From Ilumatobacteraceae bacterium (GTDB taxonomy: Bacteria > Actinomycetota > Acidimicrobiia > Acidimicrobiales > Ilumatobacteraceae): a stretch of 64,000 bases of DNA. Below are positions 53,814 to 62,952 of the stretch, piece after piece. The translations under genes and the position numbers were made by a program. The DNA lies in NCBI GenBank assembly GCA_040006755.1, contig JBDTWJ010000001.1:1041-65040 (forward strand), in the 5' to 3' direction. The stretch's first letter is position 1; every line of letters starts with the position of its first letter. Under the pieces are notes generated by a model. That model worked only from the letters and a program-made list of their open reading frames with translations, was not told the DNA's origin and did not search any database.

Positions 53814-56213
53814 ATGGCTGGTTCGATTCTTGGCACGCGTGTGCTGCGCACGGAAGACCCCGATCTGCTGTTCGGCACTGCCGAATACGTCGACGATCTC
53901 GACCTCGGCAACGAGCTCCAGGTGGTGTTCGTCAGATCCGAGATGGCGCACGCGCTCATCACAGCCATCGACACCTCGGCGGCGAAGGAGGCGCCCGGCG
54001 TCGTTGCCGTGCTGACTGCCGCTGACCTCGGCCTCACACCGTTTCAGAGCATGGCCACCGTTCACGACGACTTCGCCCGACCACCGCTGGCCACCGATCG
54101 CGTCCGTTTCGTCGGTGAGGCCATCGTCGCCGTGCTGGCCGAGACGCTCGCGCAGGCGAAGGACGCCGCCGACATGGTGATCGTCGACTACGAACCGCTG
54201 CCTGCCGTGGTCGCCGCGGAGGATGCGCTGGCCGAAGGCGCGCCCGTCCTGTTCGAGGCGCACGGCGACAACATCGCTGTTGGCACCACCGATCCGGTCA
54301 ACGGCGATCTCTTCGGCGACGCCGACGTAGTCGTGCGCGGCCGTTACATCAACCAGCGCATCGCGGTCGCACCGATGGAGCCCCATGCCGCGGCCTCGGC
54401 CATCGACACCGATGGCCGCCTGCTGGTCTACGGATCCACGCAGATGCCGCATTTGATGCACAACCTGCTGGCCCGCGCCCTGGGGATCGGCAAGGACGAG
54501 ATCCGGGTAGTCGTCCCATTCGTCGGTGGCGGCTTCGGTGGCAAGGCGGGTCTATACCCCGAGCAGGTGGTCGTCGCCGCTGCGGCCAGGCTGACGCAGC
54601 GGCCCATCGTGTGGACGTCGACGCGCAGCGAAGACATGCTGGCGCTATCGCACAGTCGTGGGCAGATCCAGTACGTCGAGCTCGGCTGCAAGCGCGATGG
54701 CACCTTCACGGGGCTTCGCGTCCGCCTTGTCGGCGACGGAGGTGCGTATCCCGGCATTGGTGCGTTCCTGCCGCAAGGCACGCGCAGAATGTCGAACGGC
54801 ACATATCGATTCACCGGTATCCAGTGCGACGTCGTGGTCGCCGCGACCAACACCACACCGATGGGCGCATACCGCGGCGCCGGGCGTCCCGAGGCGACAG
54901 CCATGCTCGAACGCATCGTCGATCAGGCGTCCATCGAGTTGGGCATCGATCCCATCGAACTGCGCCGCCGCAACCTGCTGGCCGACGACGTCTTCCCCTT
55001 CCTCACGCTCACCGGCATCACGTACGACAGCGGCGCCTACAGCAGACCGCTCGACGCGGTTGCGAAGTGGGCCGGCTACGACGAACTGCGACGAGAACAG
55101 GTTGCTCGACGCGCCAGCGGCGACCGCAAACTGCTAGGCATCGGCGTCTCGACATACGTTGAGATCACGGCCGGCGGCGGCACCAGCGAGTACGGAGCCG
55201 TGCAGGTGCACGACGACGGCTCCGCGACGGTGCTTGCTGGCACGTCGGCTCATGGTCAGGGTCACCAGACAGCGTTCGCGATGATCGTCAGCGATCAGAC
55301 CGGCATCCCCATCGATCGCATTCGGCTGCAGGCCGTCGACACCGATGTGGTGCGCAGCGGTGGTGGCACCGGTGGCTCGCGTTCTCTTCAACTCGGCGGT
55401 TCAGCCGTCCTGCGTGCCACCGAATCGCTCGTCGACAAGGCCAAGCATCTTGCCGCACACATGCTCGAGGCCGATGTTGGCGACATCGTGGTCGATACCA
55501 CCACCGGCACGTTGGGGGTTGCCGGTGTGCCGACGACCGGTCTCGATTGGGCGGCCTTGGCAACAGCAGCGGCGACCGCCGACGGCGTCATCGACCACTC
55601 CGATGGCACCCTCGGGCTCGCTGCCCAACTGGATTTCGATCAGGGCGAAGCCACCTTTCCTTTTGGCGCGCACATCGCCGTCGTCGAGGTCGATCAAGAC
55701 ACCGGCAAGGTCACGCTGTTGCGACACATCGCCGTCGACGACTGCGGCACCGTGTTGAATCCGTTGCTGGTCGAAGGCCAGCAACACGGCGGCGTCGCTG
55801 CCGGCATCAGCCAGACGTTGTACGAGCAGGTGATCTACGACGACGACGGCAACCCGCTCACCGGAAACTTCATGGACTACGCGATCCCGTCTGCCGCCGA
55901 GTTCCCCAACTTCGAGGTGCACAGCACGGAGACACCCACGCCGTTGAACCCGCTCGGCGCGAAGGGCATCGGCGAGGCCAGCACCATCGGCAGCACGCCC
56001 GCAGTTCAGAACGCGGTCATCGATGCCGTCGCCCATCTCGGCGTGCGCCACATCGATCTGCCGTGCACCAGCCAAACGGTGTGGCGCACCATCCGCGACG
56101 CCGAAGCGGGCACGCTCGCCGACCCGTGGGTCGAGCCACCAACGGTCTTCAGCCGAATTGCCGCGAACCAAGAAGTGGACGAAGCCGGGCTCAACGCGGC
56201 CGAGGGAATCTGA
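53814..56213 (+). CDS. xanthine-dehydrogenase-family molybdopterin-binding large subunit (CoxL-like, not form I CODH)
   Basis: 799 aa. N-terminal GTRVLRTEDPDLL, MGAYRGAGRPEA (not the AYRCSFR form I CODH loop) and a C-terminal LGAKGIGEAS. Confidence 0.85.
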   Translation: MAGSILGTRVLRTEDPDLLFGTAEYVDDLDLGNELQVVFVRSEMAHALITAIDTSAAKEAPGVVAVLTAADLGLTPFQSMATVHDDFARPPLATDRVRFVGEAIVAVLAETLAQAKDAADMVIVDYEPLPAVVAAEDALAEGAPVLFEAHGDNIAVGTTDPVNGDLFGDADVVVRGRYINQRIAVAPMEPHAAASAIDTDGRLLVYGSTQMPHLMHNLLARALGIGKDEIRVVVPFVGGGFGGKAGLYPEQVVVAAAARLTQRPIVWTSTRSEDMLALSHSRGQIQYVELGCKRDGTFTGLRVRLVGDGGAYPGIGAFLPQGTRRMSNGTYRFTGIQCDVVVAATNTTPMGAYRGAGRPEATAMLERIVDQASIELGIDPIELRRRNLLADDVFPFLTLTGITYDSGAYSRPLDAVAKWAGYDELRREQVARRASGDRKLLGIGVSTYVEITAGGGTSEYGAVQVHDDGSATVLAGTSAHGQGHQTAFAMIVSDQTGIPIDRIRLQAVDTDVVRSGGGTGGSRSLQLGGSAVLRATESLVDKAKHLAAHMLEADVGDIVVDTTTGTLGVAGVPTTGLDWAALATAAATADGVIDHSDGTLGLAAQLDFDQGEATFPFGAHIAVVEVDQDTGKVTLLRHIAVDDCGTVLNPLLVEGQQHGGVAAGISQTLYEQVIYDDDGNPLTGNFMDYAIPSAAEFPNFEVHSTETPTPLNPLGAKGIGEASTIGSTPAVQNAVIDAVAHLGVRHIDLPCTSQTVWRTIRDAEAGTLADPWVEPPTVFSRIAANQEVDEAGLNAAEGI

Positions 56214-56229
56214 CCGATACGCTGGTGCA

Positions 56230-57093
56230 ATGCCTGAAGGCGACACGATCAGGCGGTTGGCCGACAGGATCGGCCGTCGGTTCATCGGCGAGCGATGTGT
56301 CCGTTGCGTCACCAGGGACCCGCGGTTGTCTGGAGTCGATCTCGCAGGTGCGGCTGTCACCGAGGTCGACGCCGTCGGCAAGCACCTGCTGATCAGGTTC
56401 GACAACGGCAACACGTTGCATTCGCATCTCCGGATGACGGGATCGTGGACGGTTGGCCCGGCTGCGCGGGAACCGGAATGGCGACGACGGATCGAGTTGT
56501 GGATGGAGAGTGGCCGGCTCACGGGCATCGACCTCCCGATCGTAGAGGTACTGCCGACAGTGCAGGAGAAGACCATCGTCGGTCACCTCGGGCCAGACCT
56601 GTGCGGGCCTGGTGCGCCCGATCTCGAGGAGGTGATTGAACGCCTGCAGCACGATCCGCTTGCGCCACTGGCGGCAGCGTTGCTCGATCAGCGCAACGTG
56701 GCCGGCTTCGGCAACGTCTATGCCGTCGAGGTGCCATTCATTGCGGGCGTCTCGCCCAATCAGCCGATCGGCGCCATCCAGGGCTTGCAGGTTCTCGTGG
56801 GCACCGGCACCGCGCTGATCCGCACAAATGCCGAGCGCGGTCCACAGAACACAACAGGTCGCCGGCTGGCTACGCCGGATCAGTGGATCTATGCACATCG
56901 CGGCCGGCCGTGCCCCATCTGCGGCACCACCTTGGACGGTTGCGGGGAGCGCGACAGTCCGTGGCGGCGAACATCGGTGTGGTGCCCGAGTTGTCAACGG
57001 GTCGATGACGTGCGGCCGGTCGACTGGGCACGAGTCGTCAAGTTGCTCGCCCTCCACCCGGCGCGTCGTCAGGCCTCGTTTCCCAAGCCCTAA
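56230..57093 (+). CDS. nei: Fpg/Nei family DNA glycosylase (endonuclease VIII-like)
   Basis: N-terminal MPEGDT, an H2TH region (LLDQRNVAGFGNVYAVE) and a C-terminal zinc finger C-x2-C...C-x2-C. Start set at ATG 56230. Confidence 0.88.
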   Translation: MPEGDTIRRLADRIGRRFIGERCVRCVTRDPRLSGVDLAGAAVTEVDAVGKHLLIRFDNGNTLHSHLRMTGSWTVGPAAREPEWRRRIELWMESGRLTGIDLPIVEVLPTVQEKTIVGHLGPDLCGPGAPDLEEVIERLQHDPLAPLAAALLDQRNVAGFGNVYAVEVPFIAGVSPNQPIGAIQGLQVLVGTGTALIRTNAERGPQNTTGRRLATPDQWIYAHRGRPCPICGTTLDGCGERDSPWRRTSVWCPSCQRVDDVRPVDWARVVKLLALHPARRQASFPKP

Positions 57094-57109
57094 GTCCCAG
57101 ATCCGGGTC

Positions 57110-57480
57110 CAACTGTCCACTGGAGTTGCGGGTATTGCCCGACCGTCCCACACGCCTGCCTCTGACGGCCGTTCAGATCGTCGAGCCAAGTGTCGACTTT
57201 TGTGACGTTGATCAACATCAGGAGGACATCGATGGCCGATCTCGAGCATCCAGTCACATACGTCGCTCAGTTGTGGCCAATGTGAGCTGAGCCGACGAGC
57301 CATCCAGTTCGACGCCCTATTTGCGTCGCCGCCGACCCGGGCAATCTGGGCAGGGCATCCATCGGGCAAGACCTCCAGCTCTTCGGCGAGCACCAGCCGA
57401 CCGGCGCGGCCCATGCCGCGAGAATTGGCGTCTTACCCGAGCCGGCCGAAGCAACGACGAGCGTACCTCAAGACGGTCAT
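57110..57480 (-). pseudogene. decayed P-loop NTPase gene fragment (multiple frames)
   Basis: The minus strand reads MTVLRYA.. in one frame, LVVASAGSGKTPILAAWAAP (Walker A) in a second, and GRAGRLVLAEELEVLPDGCPAQIARVGGD in the first again, with stops between them. No intact ORF can be assembled. Confidence 0.25.
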
Positions 57481-57646
57481 CGAAGCAGCAGCGGGCGGAG
57501 TCGTTGGGGCAGCTCACGCTGCCCCGATCGGGCAATATCCGGCCACGAAGGAGCCGTGATTTTCACTATCTCACAAAGGGATAGTGTGATCGTCGCCATG
57601 ACGGCTTCTCAATCGCCGTCACCGGCACATCTCTTGAAAGGGGACC

Positions 57647-58279
57647 ATGATGCTGATGTTCGCACGTCTCGTCACACTGACGGGCAGTCCACGAAAGTCG
57701 ATGCCGTGGGCGATGGGGATCACCGAATACGTCAATAGCCACAGCCCACTCTCGGTCACATGCTGGGCGGGTAGCTTCGGCTATCCGATCGGCACGGTGG
57801 CGTGGACCGCCATGGTCGAGTCAGAAGCCGCACTCGCCGCCGGCACCGGTGCGCTGCTCGCTGATCCTGGCTATCTCGACCTCGTCGAATCGGCGCAGGA
57901 CCTGATCTCTAGCCCGGGTCACGACGTTCTGCGCGAGGCCATCTATGGCGAACCAGGTGATCCCCCACCGATCGGCGCGGTCGCCACGGTCACGACAGCT
58001 ACAGCGATCGTCGACCGCATGGGCGACGCGCTTGGGTGGGCCGTCGAGATCGCCCAACACGTCGAAGGAGTAGTCGGTTCGTCGGTCGGCGTACTGACCG
58101 ACGTGTTCGGGACGATGGGCGGAATCGCCTGGATCGGCAGCCAGCCCGATGTCGCGGCTGCCGACGCAGCGCGAGCGAAGCTCAACGCAGACGGCGACTA
58201 CTTGAAGCGGATTGCCGGCTCGAAGGATCTGTTCATCAACGGCTCAGGCCATATCAGCCAGGCGACACGCATCGCCTGA
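57647..58279 (+). CDS. hypothetical protein built from an internal tandem duplication (~95 aa x2)
   Basis: The halves align: FGYPIGTVAW / FGTMGGIAW and LLADPGYL...DLISSPGH / LNADGDYL...DLFINGSGH. No family recognised. Confidence 0.55.
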   Translation: MMLMFARLVTLTGSPRKSMPWAMGITEYVNSHSPLSVTCWAGSFGYPIGTVAWTAMVESEAALAAGTGALLADPGYLDLVESAQDLISSPGHDVLREAIYGEPGDPPPIGAVATVTTATAIVDRMGDALGWAVEIAQHVEGVVGSSVGVLTDVFGTMGGIAWIGSQPDVAAADAARAKLNADGDYLKRIAGSKDLFINGSGHISQATRIA

Positions 58280-58308
58280 CAGGCGCCACAATCAGTGAGT
58301 GCCAAACC

Positions 58309-59445
58309 TTAGTGATCATGTTCGGCGCGGTGCCGGGCCAGCGGATCGTCACCGAAGTCGCCTCGTGGATCGCGCCACACGCTGTGCACGTGGTTGGCGT
58401 CGCGTGCTGAATTGTCGTACTCGGCAAGGATCGTCGGGCCATGCAGCCGGTAGTAGTGGGGCTGGCCCGGCTCCAGGCCGCCTGCCCACAACAGGTGGAC
58501 GTCGCCGAGCGCGTCACCGGCGAACTTCGCTGCCTCCTCGTCGGCAATGTCATCGGGCAAACGGTCGACATACAGCCGCAGCAGCGCGTCGAGCATCCCG
58601 CGTTGGTCAGCGTTCATCGCCGTAGCCGCCAATCCTTTCGGCTGATGAGTGAACGACATCGCTTCCAGATCATCGGGCGTCACGCCGGTCGACTCGACGA
58701 GCCAGTCTTGAGCGCGCTGTAGATGAACCCCCACCTCACCATCGAACTCTTCCCGAAAGATGAGTGGAAGAGGAATCGGCCGATCGTTGTCGGCGAGCGA
58801 CGATCGGTTGCCGCCGACCAGATCAGGCGGTGCGTGTGTGACGACGGCGATGCGACGCTGATCGTCCGACAGCGAGCGGGCCAACTCACGCCCGAGGTCC
58901 TCGACACCAGCGAGCGGTCGCAAGAGGTGGGGTCCGAGGAGCGGCGAGCTTGCTGGATCGGCCCCGAAGAACAACGGCGTCGCGCTGCTGAGAACACCAT
59001 CGATGACTGTGAAGCTCAGCGAAACGTGGTGTCCGCCGAGGCGCCAACTCCACGTGCCGCTCGACGACGGAGCGCCGAAGAACCGCACGAAATACATCAG
59101 CGGATCGCGTCCGCGCGGCCGGTCGAACGATGCTGTGAAGCCCTCGAGTTGATCGAGCACGTTCTCCAGGCCCATGATCGTCGACACAGTCACAAAGCCG
59201 GGAGTCGACAGTCCACTCGCCAGCAGACGGAACATCAGGCGATGCTGCGCTTGAGTCATTGCCGCCAACGTCAGCCCGCCGTGATCGGTCGGTGTGTAGA
59301 ACCACAATCGACGCTCGTCGTCGGCGGGGAAAGGGAACAGCGCCAGCTTGCGCTGCGAGTCGTCGAGCGAATCGATCAGTCGATCGGCCTCCTCGCACAT
59401 CAGGGCAGCTACACGAGTTCGTGCGGGAGTTGGCGTCTCATCCAT
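58309..59445 (-). CDS. DUF3500 domain-containing protein
   Basis: RRLWFYTPTDHGGL, GGHHVSLSFTV and HYYRLHGPTILAEYDN...NHVHSVWRD, as I remember for DUF3500. Confidence 0.7.
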   Translation of the reverse strand: MDETPTPARTRVAALMCEEADRLIDSLDDSQRKLALFPFPADDERRLWFYTPTDHGGLTLAAMTQAQHRLMFRLLASGLSTPGFVTVSTIMGLENVLDQLEGFTASFDRPRGRDPLMYFVRFFGAPSSSGTWSWRLGGHHVSLSFTVIDGVLSSATPLFFGADPASSPLLGPHLLRPLAGVEDLGRELARSLSDDQRRIAVVTHAPPDLVGGNRSSLADNDRPIPLPLIFREEFDGEVGVHLQRAQDWLVESTGVTPDDLEAMSFTHQPKGLAATAMNADQRGMLDALLRLYVDRLPDDIADEEAAKFAGDALGDVHLLWAGGLEPGQPHYYRLHGPTILAEYDNSARDANHVHSVWRDPRGDFGDDPLARHRAEHDH

Positions 59446-59451
59446 GGTTGC

Positions 59452-60621
59452 TCACTCCCCTGGACCGTACAAGCCGAAGATGAGATCCGGGTCACCCGCG
59501 CGCCACGTGCCGTCGACTTGCGAGCGTTGTCCGATCGCGCGGGTGCGTGCTTGCAGGTTGCGTCCCAACGCGAGTTGGCCCGGCTCCCATGCAGCCAGCG
59601 CCGCGGTTGCATCATCCGGATGTGTAGCGAGCGCGTCGCACAGCTTCCACGCGTCGTCTGCGGCCTTCGCCGTCCCGGCCGCGGCATGCGGTCGCACGAC
59701 GAAGGCGGCATCGCCGAGCAGGCAACTGCGCCCGAACACCATGCGCGGCACGTCGAGGTCGAGCACGACCTGCACGAACAGATCGGCAACCGCAAGCACC
59801 ACTTCGGCGATCGGAACCGGCAGGCGTGCCTCAGCGACGGCGCGTGCCTCGGCGATGTGCTGCGGCCGCAACGCGCCCGGTGGCACCGAGACCTCGCGCC
59901 GGATGCCGTTGACATCGAGAAGCAGGTCGTCGAGGTCGTCGCCCGGTAAATAGTTGCGGTACCAAACGATGTTGATCAATCGCTCGCCCGGAACCACCGA
60001 GCCGTCGCGTCCAGGAATGGGGTACACGAGGATGTGACTATTCGCGTAGACGTAGTAGGTGATCGCGTCGTCGAGCACCGCACGAGTATCCGCCGTCAGC
60101 TCCGTCTCGGGTACGACGCCTCGCCAGGCGACATATCCCGCGTAGCGCGGATGAACATCGGGAAGCAGCGCGGCACGCGCGGTGGACCCGACACCGTCGG
60201 CAAACACGGCAACATCCGGACGAAGCACGACACCGCTCGAGAAGGTGAGCGTCAGTGGTTCGAAGTCGATACCGACCAATTCGTGCGCCAACCGATAGCT
60301 CGCGCGATCGAAGCATCCCAACAGCTCGCGGTACACGGTGTTCCACGAGCTGAACAGGTACGGATGCACGTCGTCGTGTAACACGTGGCCGCGGTGATCG
60401 AGATACCGGATGTGTCGCGTCCTCACGGCCACGTCGTCGAGTTGAACACCGCCGTGCTCGACGAGGTACCGATAGGTCTCCTGGAGAAGCCCGATGCCTG
60501 CGCCGCGCTCTTCGAGCTCCGACGGCGAGCGCTCGTACACCACGACGCGATGACCGGCGTCGGTGAGCAGGCACGCCGCGGTGAGCCCGCCGAGCGATCC
60601 CCCGACTATTGCGATGTCCAC
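59452..60621 (-). CDS. FAD-dependent monooxygenase
   Basis: IAIVGGSLGGLTAACLL...VVVYER dinucleotide fold, plus DG..S and GDAA motifs (LLGDAAFVVRPH). Confidence 0.85.
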   Translation of the reverse strand: MDIAIVGGSLGGLTAACLLTDAGHRVVVYERSPSELEERGAGIGLLQETYRYLVEHGGVQLDDVAVRTRHIRYLDHRGHVLHDDVHPYLFSSWNTVYRELLGCFDRASYRLAHELVGIDFEPLTLTFSSGVVLRPDVAVFADGVGSTARAALLPDVHPRYAGYVAWRGVVPETELTADTRAVLDDAITYYVYANSHILVYPIPGRDGSVVPGERLINIVWYRNYLPGDDLDDLLLDVNGIRREVSVPPGALRPQHIAEARAVAEARLPVPIAEVVLAVADLFVQVVLDLDVPRMVFGRSCLLGDAAFVVRPHAAAGTAKAADDAWKLCDALATHPDDATAALAAWEPGQLALGRNLQARTRAIGQRSQVDGTWRAGDPDLIFGLYGPGE

Positions 60622-60628
60622 GCGGTGG

Positions 60629-61150
60629 TCAGGGTTGGCCGAATGTCGCGATCTGGTTGACCGTGCACTCGAAGAGCACGCGTCGCTCGTTGATCGAGGG
60701 ATCGCGGAGCCCGTACGGGCCCGGTTGCTGCGTGTACTTCGTCCAGATCTTGTCGAGGTGGTCGGTGACCCGCTGGCCCTCGACCGGATCGTCTTCGCTG
60801 ATTTCGTGCGACACCGTGTGCTTGATGCTGATCCAGTGATACGGATTTGCCGGATTCACCAACAGGCTGGTCAGCCGCGGACTCTTGCGTATCCAATCTG
60901 TCTTGGCGCGGTGCGCGGCGCAGTTCACCAAGACGGCGTCGCCCTCGTAGTCGAACCACATGGGGGTCAGGTTGGCCCGCCCGCCCGGGCCGACGATGCC
61001 CAGCACCTGCGTGACGGGATCGTCCATGAGCTTCTTGTACGACGTCTCGACGTCCGACAGTGACCCGATGGTGGTTCGCTCGCCCACCGCGAACTGGCCC
61101 GGTTGGGTGCCCTGCGATACGTCGCGGAACTTGGCAACCTTGATGGTCAA
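60629..61150 (-). CDS. PPOX-class (pyridoxamine 5'-phosphate oxidase-like, possibly F420-dependent) protein
   Basis: LGIVGPGGRANLTPMWFDYEGDAVLVN...TSLLVNPANPYHWISI split-barrel signature. Confidence 0.75.
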   Translation of the reverse strand: MTIKVAKFRDVSQGTQPGQFAVGERTTIGSLSDVETSYKKLMDDPVTQVLGIVGPGGRANLTPMWFDYEGDAVLVNCAAHRAKTDWIRKSPRLTSLLVNPANPYHWISIKHTVSHEISEDDPVEGQRVTDHLDKIWTKYTQQPGPYGLRDPSINERRVLFECTVNQIATFGQP

Positions 61151-61235
61151 CGTGGTACCCCCGTTGCTAGTACTCAGCCGCTTTCGGCGAGTATACGCAC
61201 GGCCTGTGCGACACGTCCCAGTCGCCGCGCAGCGA

Positions 61236-62810
61236 TCAACCGCGGGTGGCGGCGATCAACGGCGCATACGTCGATGGGTCGATTCTGGCATCGATGAGAC
61301 GTGGCCTATCCCAGGTTTGTGCAAGCACCACGGCAGCTTCGTCCGCCGTCGTCACGACCACTGAGTCGAGGCCCATCGCCGATGCAACCTGCGCGTAGTC
61401 GACCGGCGCGAATCTCACTGCGGCGCTTCCGCCTTGGCCGGGCTTCTGCTTGACCTCGATCAAGCTCAATGCAGCGTCGTCGAACACCACAACCGTGACC
61501 GGCAGCTGCAATCGCGCCAACGTCTCCAGCTCGGCCAGCGTCATGGCCAAGCCCCCATCGCCGACCATGCACACGACCGGCTGCCCGGGCCGGGCGAGCG
61601 CCGCGCCGATCGCGGCCGGAAGGGCGAACCCCATCGTTGCCAATCCGTTCGAGATCAACAGCTGCAACGGCGTCGTCGATGGCCAGAACGGCATGATCGC
61701 CAAAAAGTGCGCGCCTGCATCGACCGTGGCAACCGACTGCGCGGGCGCAGCAGCGATGATCGCGGACGCCAGTTCGAGAGGACCAAACGTGCCCGTGTTG
61801 GTAGCCAACAGCACCGCGCGTGCGTCAGCGAGCGCGGCCGCCCCCGAGTCGCGCTTCCACCCGGTGCATGCGTCGGTGACGACACGGTCGAGCATCGCGG
61901 CGAGCGGTCCGATGACCTCGACGGCGATGGGCGCCAGCGTTGCGCAGGCTTCAACGTCGGAGACGGATATCACCGGCACGCCGTAGCGCCACAGCGTGGG
62001 CATCGGCTCGACCTGATCGAAGCCGATTGCCAGGATCAGGTCGGCGTCGCTCAGGAGCGCTGCCTCGACAAGCCCACTGGTGAACAACCCAGCTTGCTGC
62101 GGATGCCCCTCGGGAACGACACCCATGGCCTGGTACGTGGTCAGCACCGGACACCCCAGCCGCTCGATCGCCCGAAGCACAGCGGCCGGCGCGGCGAGAG
62201 CATCGAGGCCGACGATCGCAACCGGTTTGGCGGCATCGCGTAGCGCCGCCGCGGCCTGCGCGACGACCTCGTCGCTGGATGGAGCCGACACGATCGGCGC
62301 GGGCGCGATCATCTCATTGCCAGTCGGGTCGTAATCAAGGTGCACGGCACCTGCTGGACGCGTCCCCGCAAGGCCGAGGGCTGCGCGAACCGCCTCGGCC
62401 GCGCCAGGAGTACCCGCCAGCCGCCCGCTCCACTTGGTGACGGGCGCGAACAGTTGTTGCTGATCGAACCGTTGATGCGCGAAGCGATCTCGGTTGGCGG
62501 TAGGCACGCAATCCGTGACCAACAACAGGGGAAATCGATCGAGTGTCGCCTGGGCCGCGCCGTTGACCGCGCATGCCGCCCCAGGCCCGCGCGTCGCGAT
62601 CGCGAGGCCCGGTCGCCCGACGAGCGTGCCGTACGTGGCTGCCATGATGCACGCCGGTGTTTCACCGTGGGCAAGCACGAATCGAAGACCGGCGTCGTTG
62701 ACCGCTCCGACGACCTCGAGGTTCGGACCGCCGCCGGGGAACCCGAAGACAATGTCGGCGCCGCCGTCGCGAACGCCTTCCGCCAACACGTTCGCCAACC
62801 GTTCACTCAT
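61236..62810 (-). CDS. thiamine pyrophosphate-dependent enzyme (acetolactate synthase large-subunit-like)
   Basis: N-terminal FGFPGGGPN...HGETPACIMAATYG...TRGPGA and the TPP motif GDGGLAM...N. Confidence 0.85.
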   Translation of the reverse strand: MSERLANVLAEGVRDGGADIVFGFPGGGPNLEVVGAVNDAGLRFVLAHGETPACIMAATYGTLVGRPGLAIATRGPGAACAVNGAAQATLDRFPLLLVTDCVPTANRDRFAHQRFDQQQLFAPVTKWSGRLAGTPGAAEAVRAALGLAGTRPAGAVHLDYDPTGNEMIAPAPIVSAPSSDEVVAQAAAALRDAAKPVAIVGLDALAAPAAVLRAIERLGCPVLTTYQAMGVVPEGHPQQAGLFTSGLVEAALLSDADLILAIGFDQVEPMPTLWRYGVPVISVSDVEACATLAPIAVEVIGPLAAMLDRVVTDACTGWKRDSGAAALADARAVLLATNTGTFGPLELASAIIAAAPAQSVATVDAGAHFLAIMPFWPSTTPLQLLISNGLATMGFALPAAIGAALARPGQPVVCMVGDGGLAMTLAELETLARLQLPVTVVVFDDAALSLIEVKQKPGQGGSAAVRFAPVDYAQVASAMGLDSVVVTTADEAAVVLAQTWDRPRLIDARIDPSTYAPLIAATRG

Positions 62811-62952
62811 CCGCTCGGACGCTATTCGACGGCATGCACGCGCGACGACCTTCTTGCCTCATCGGACTGAAGAAAGCTTCAGGTTCCTTCAGGGCATCAT
62901 CAACCGCACTCGTCCAACATGAACGCGACCACTCAGAAAGAGAACTCGCGAC

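Noticed and set aside
56191-57414. 407-aa minus-strand ORF spanning nei and the following gap.
   Set aside because: Most of it is antisense to the strongly supported nei gene. Only its 5' portion (57110-57414) carries anything protein-like, and that part is treated as a decayed fragment rather than a gene.
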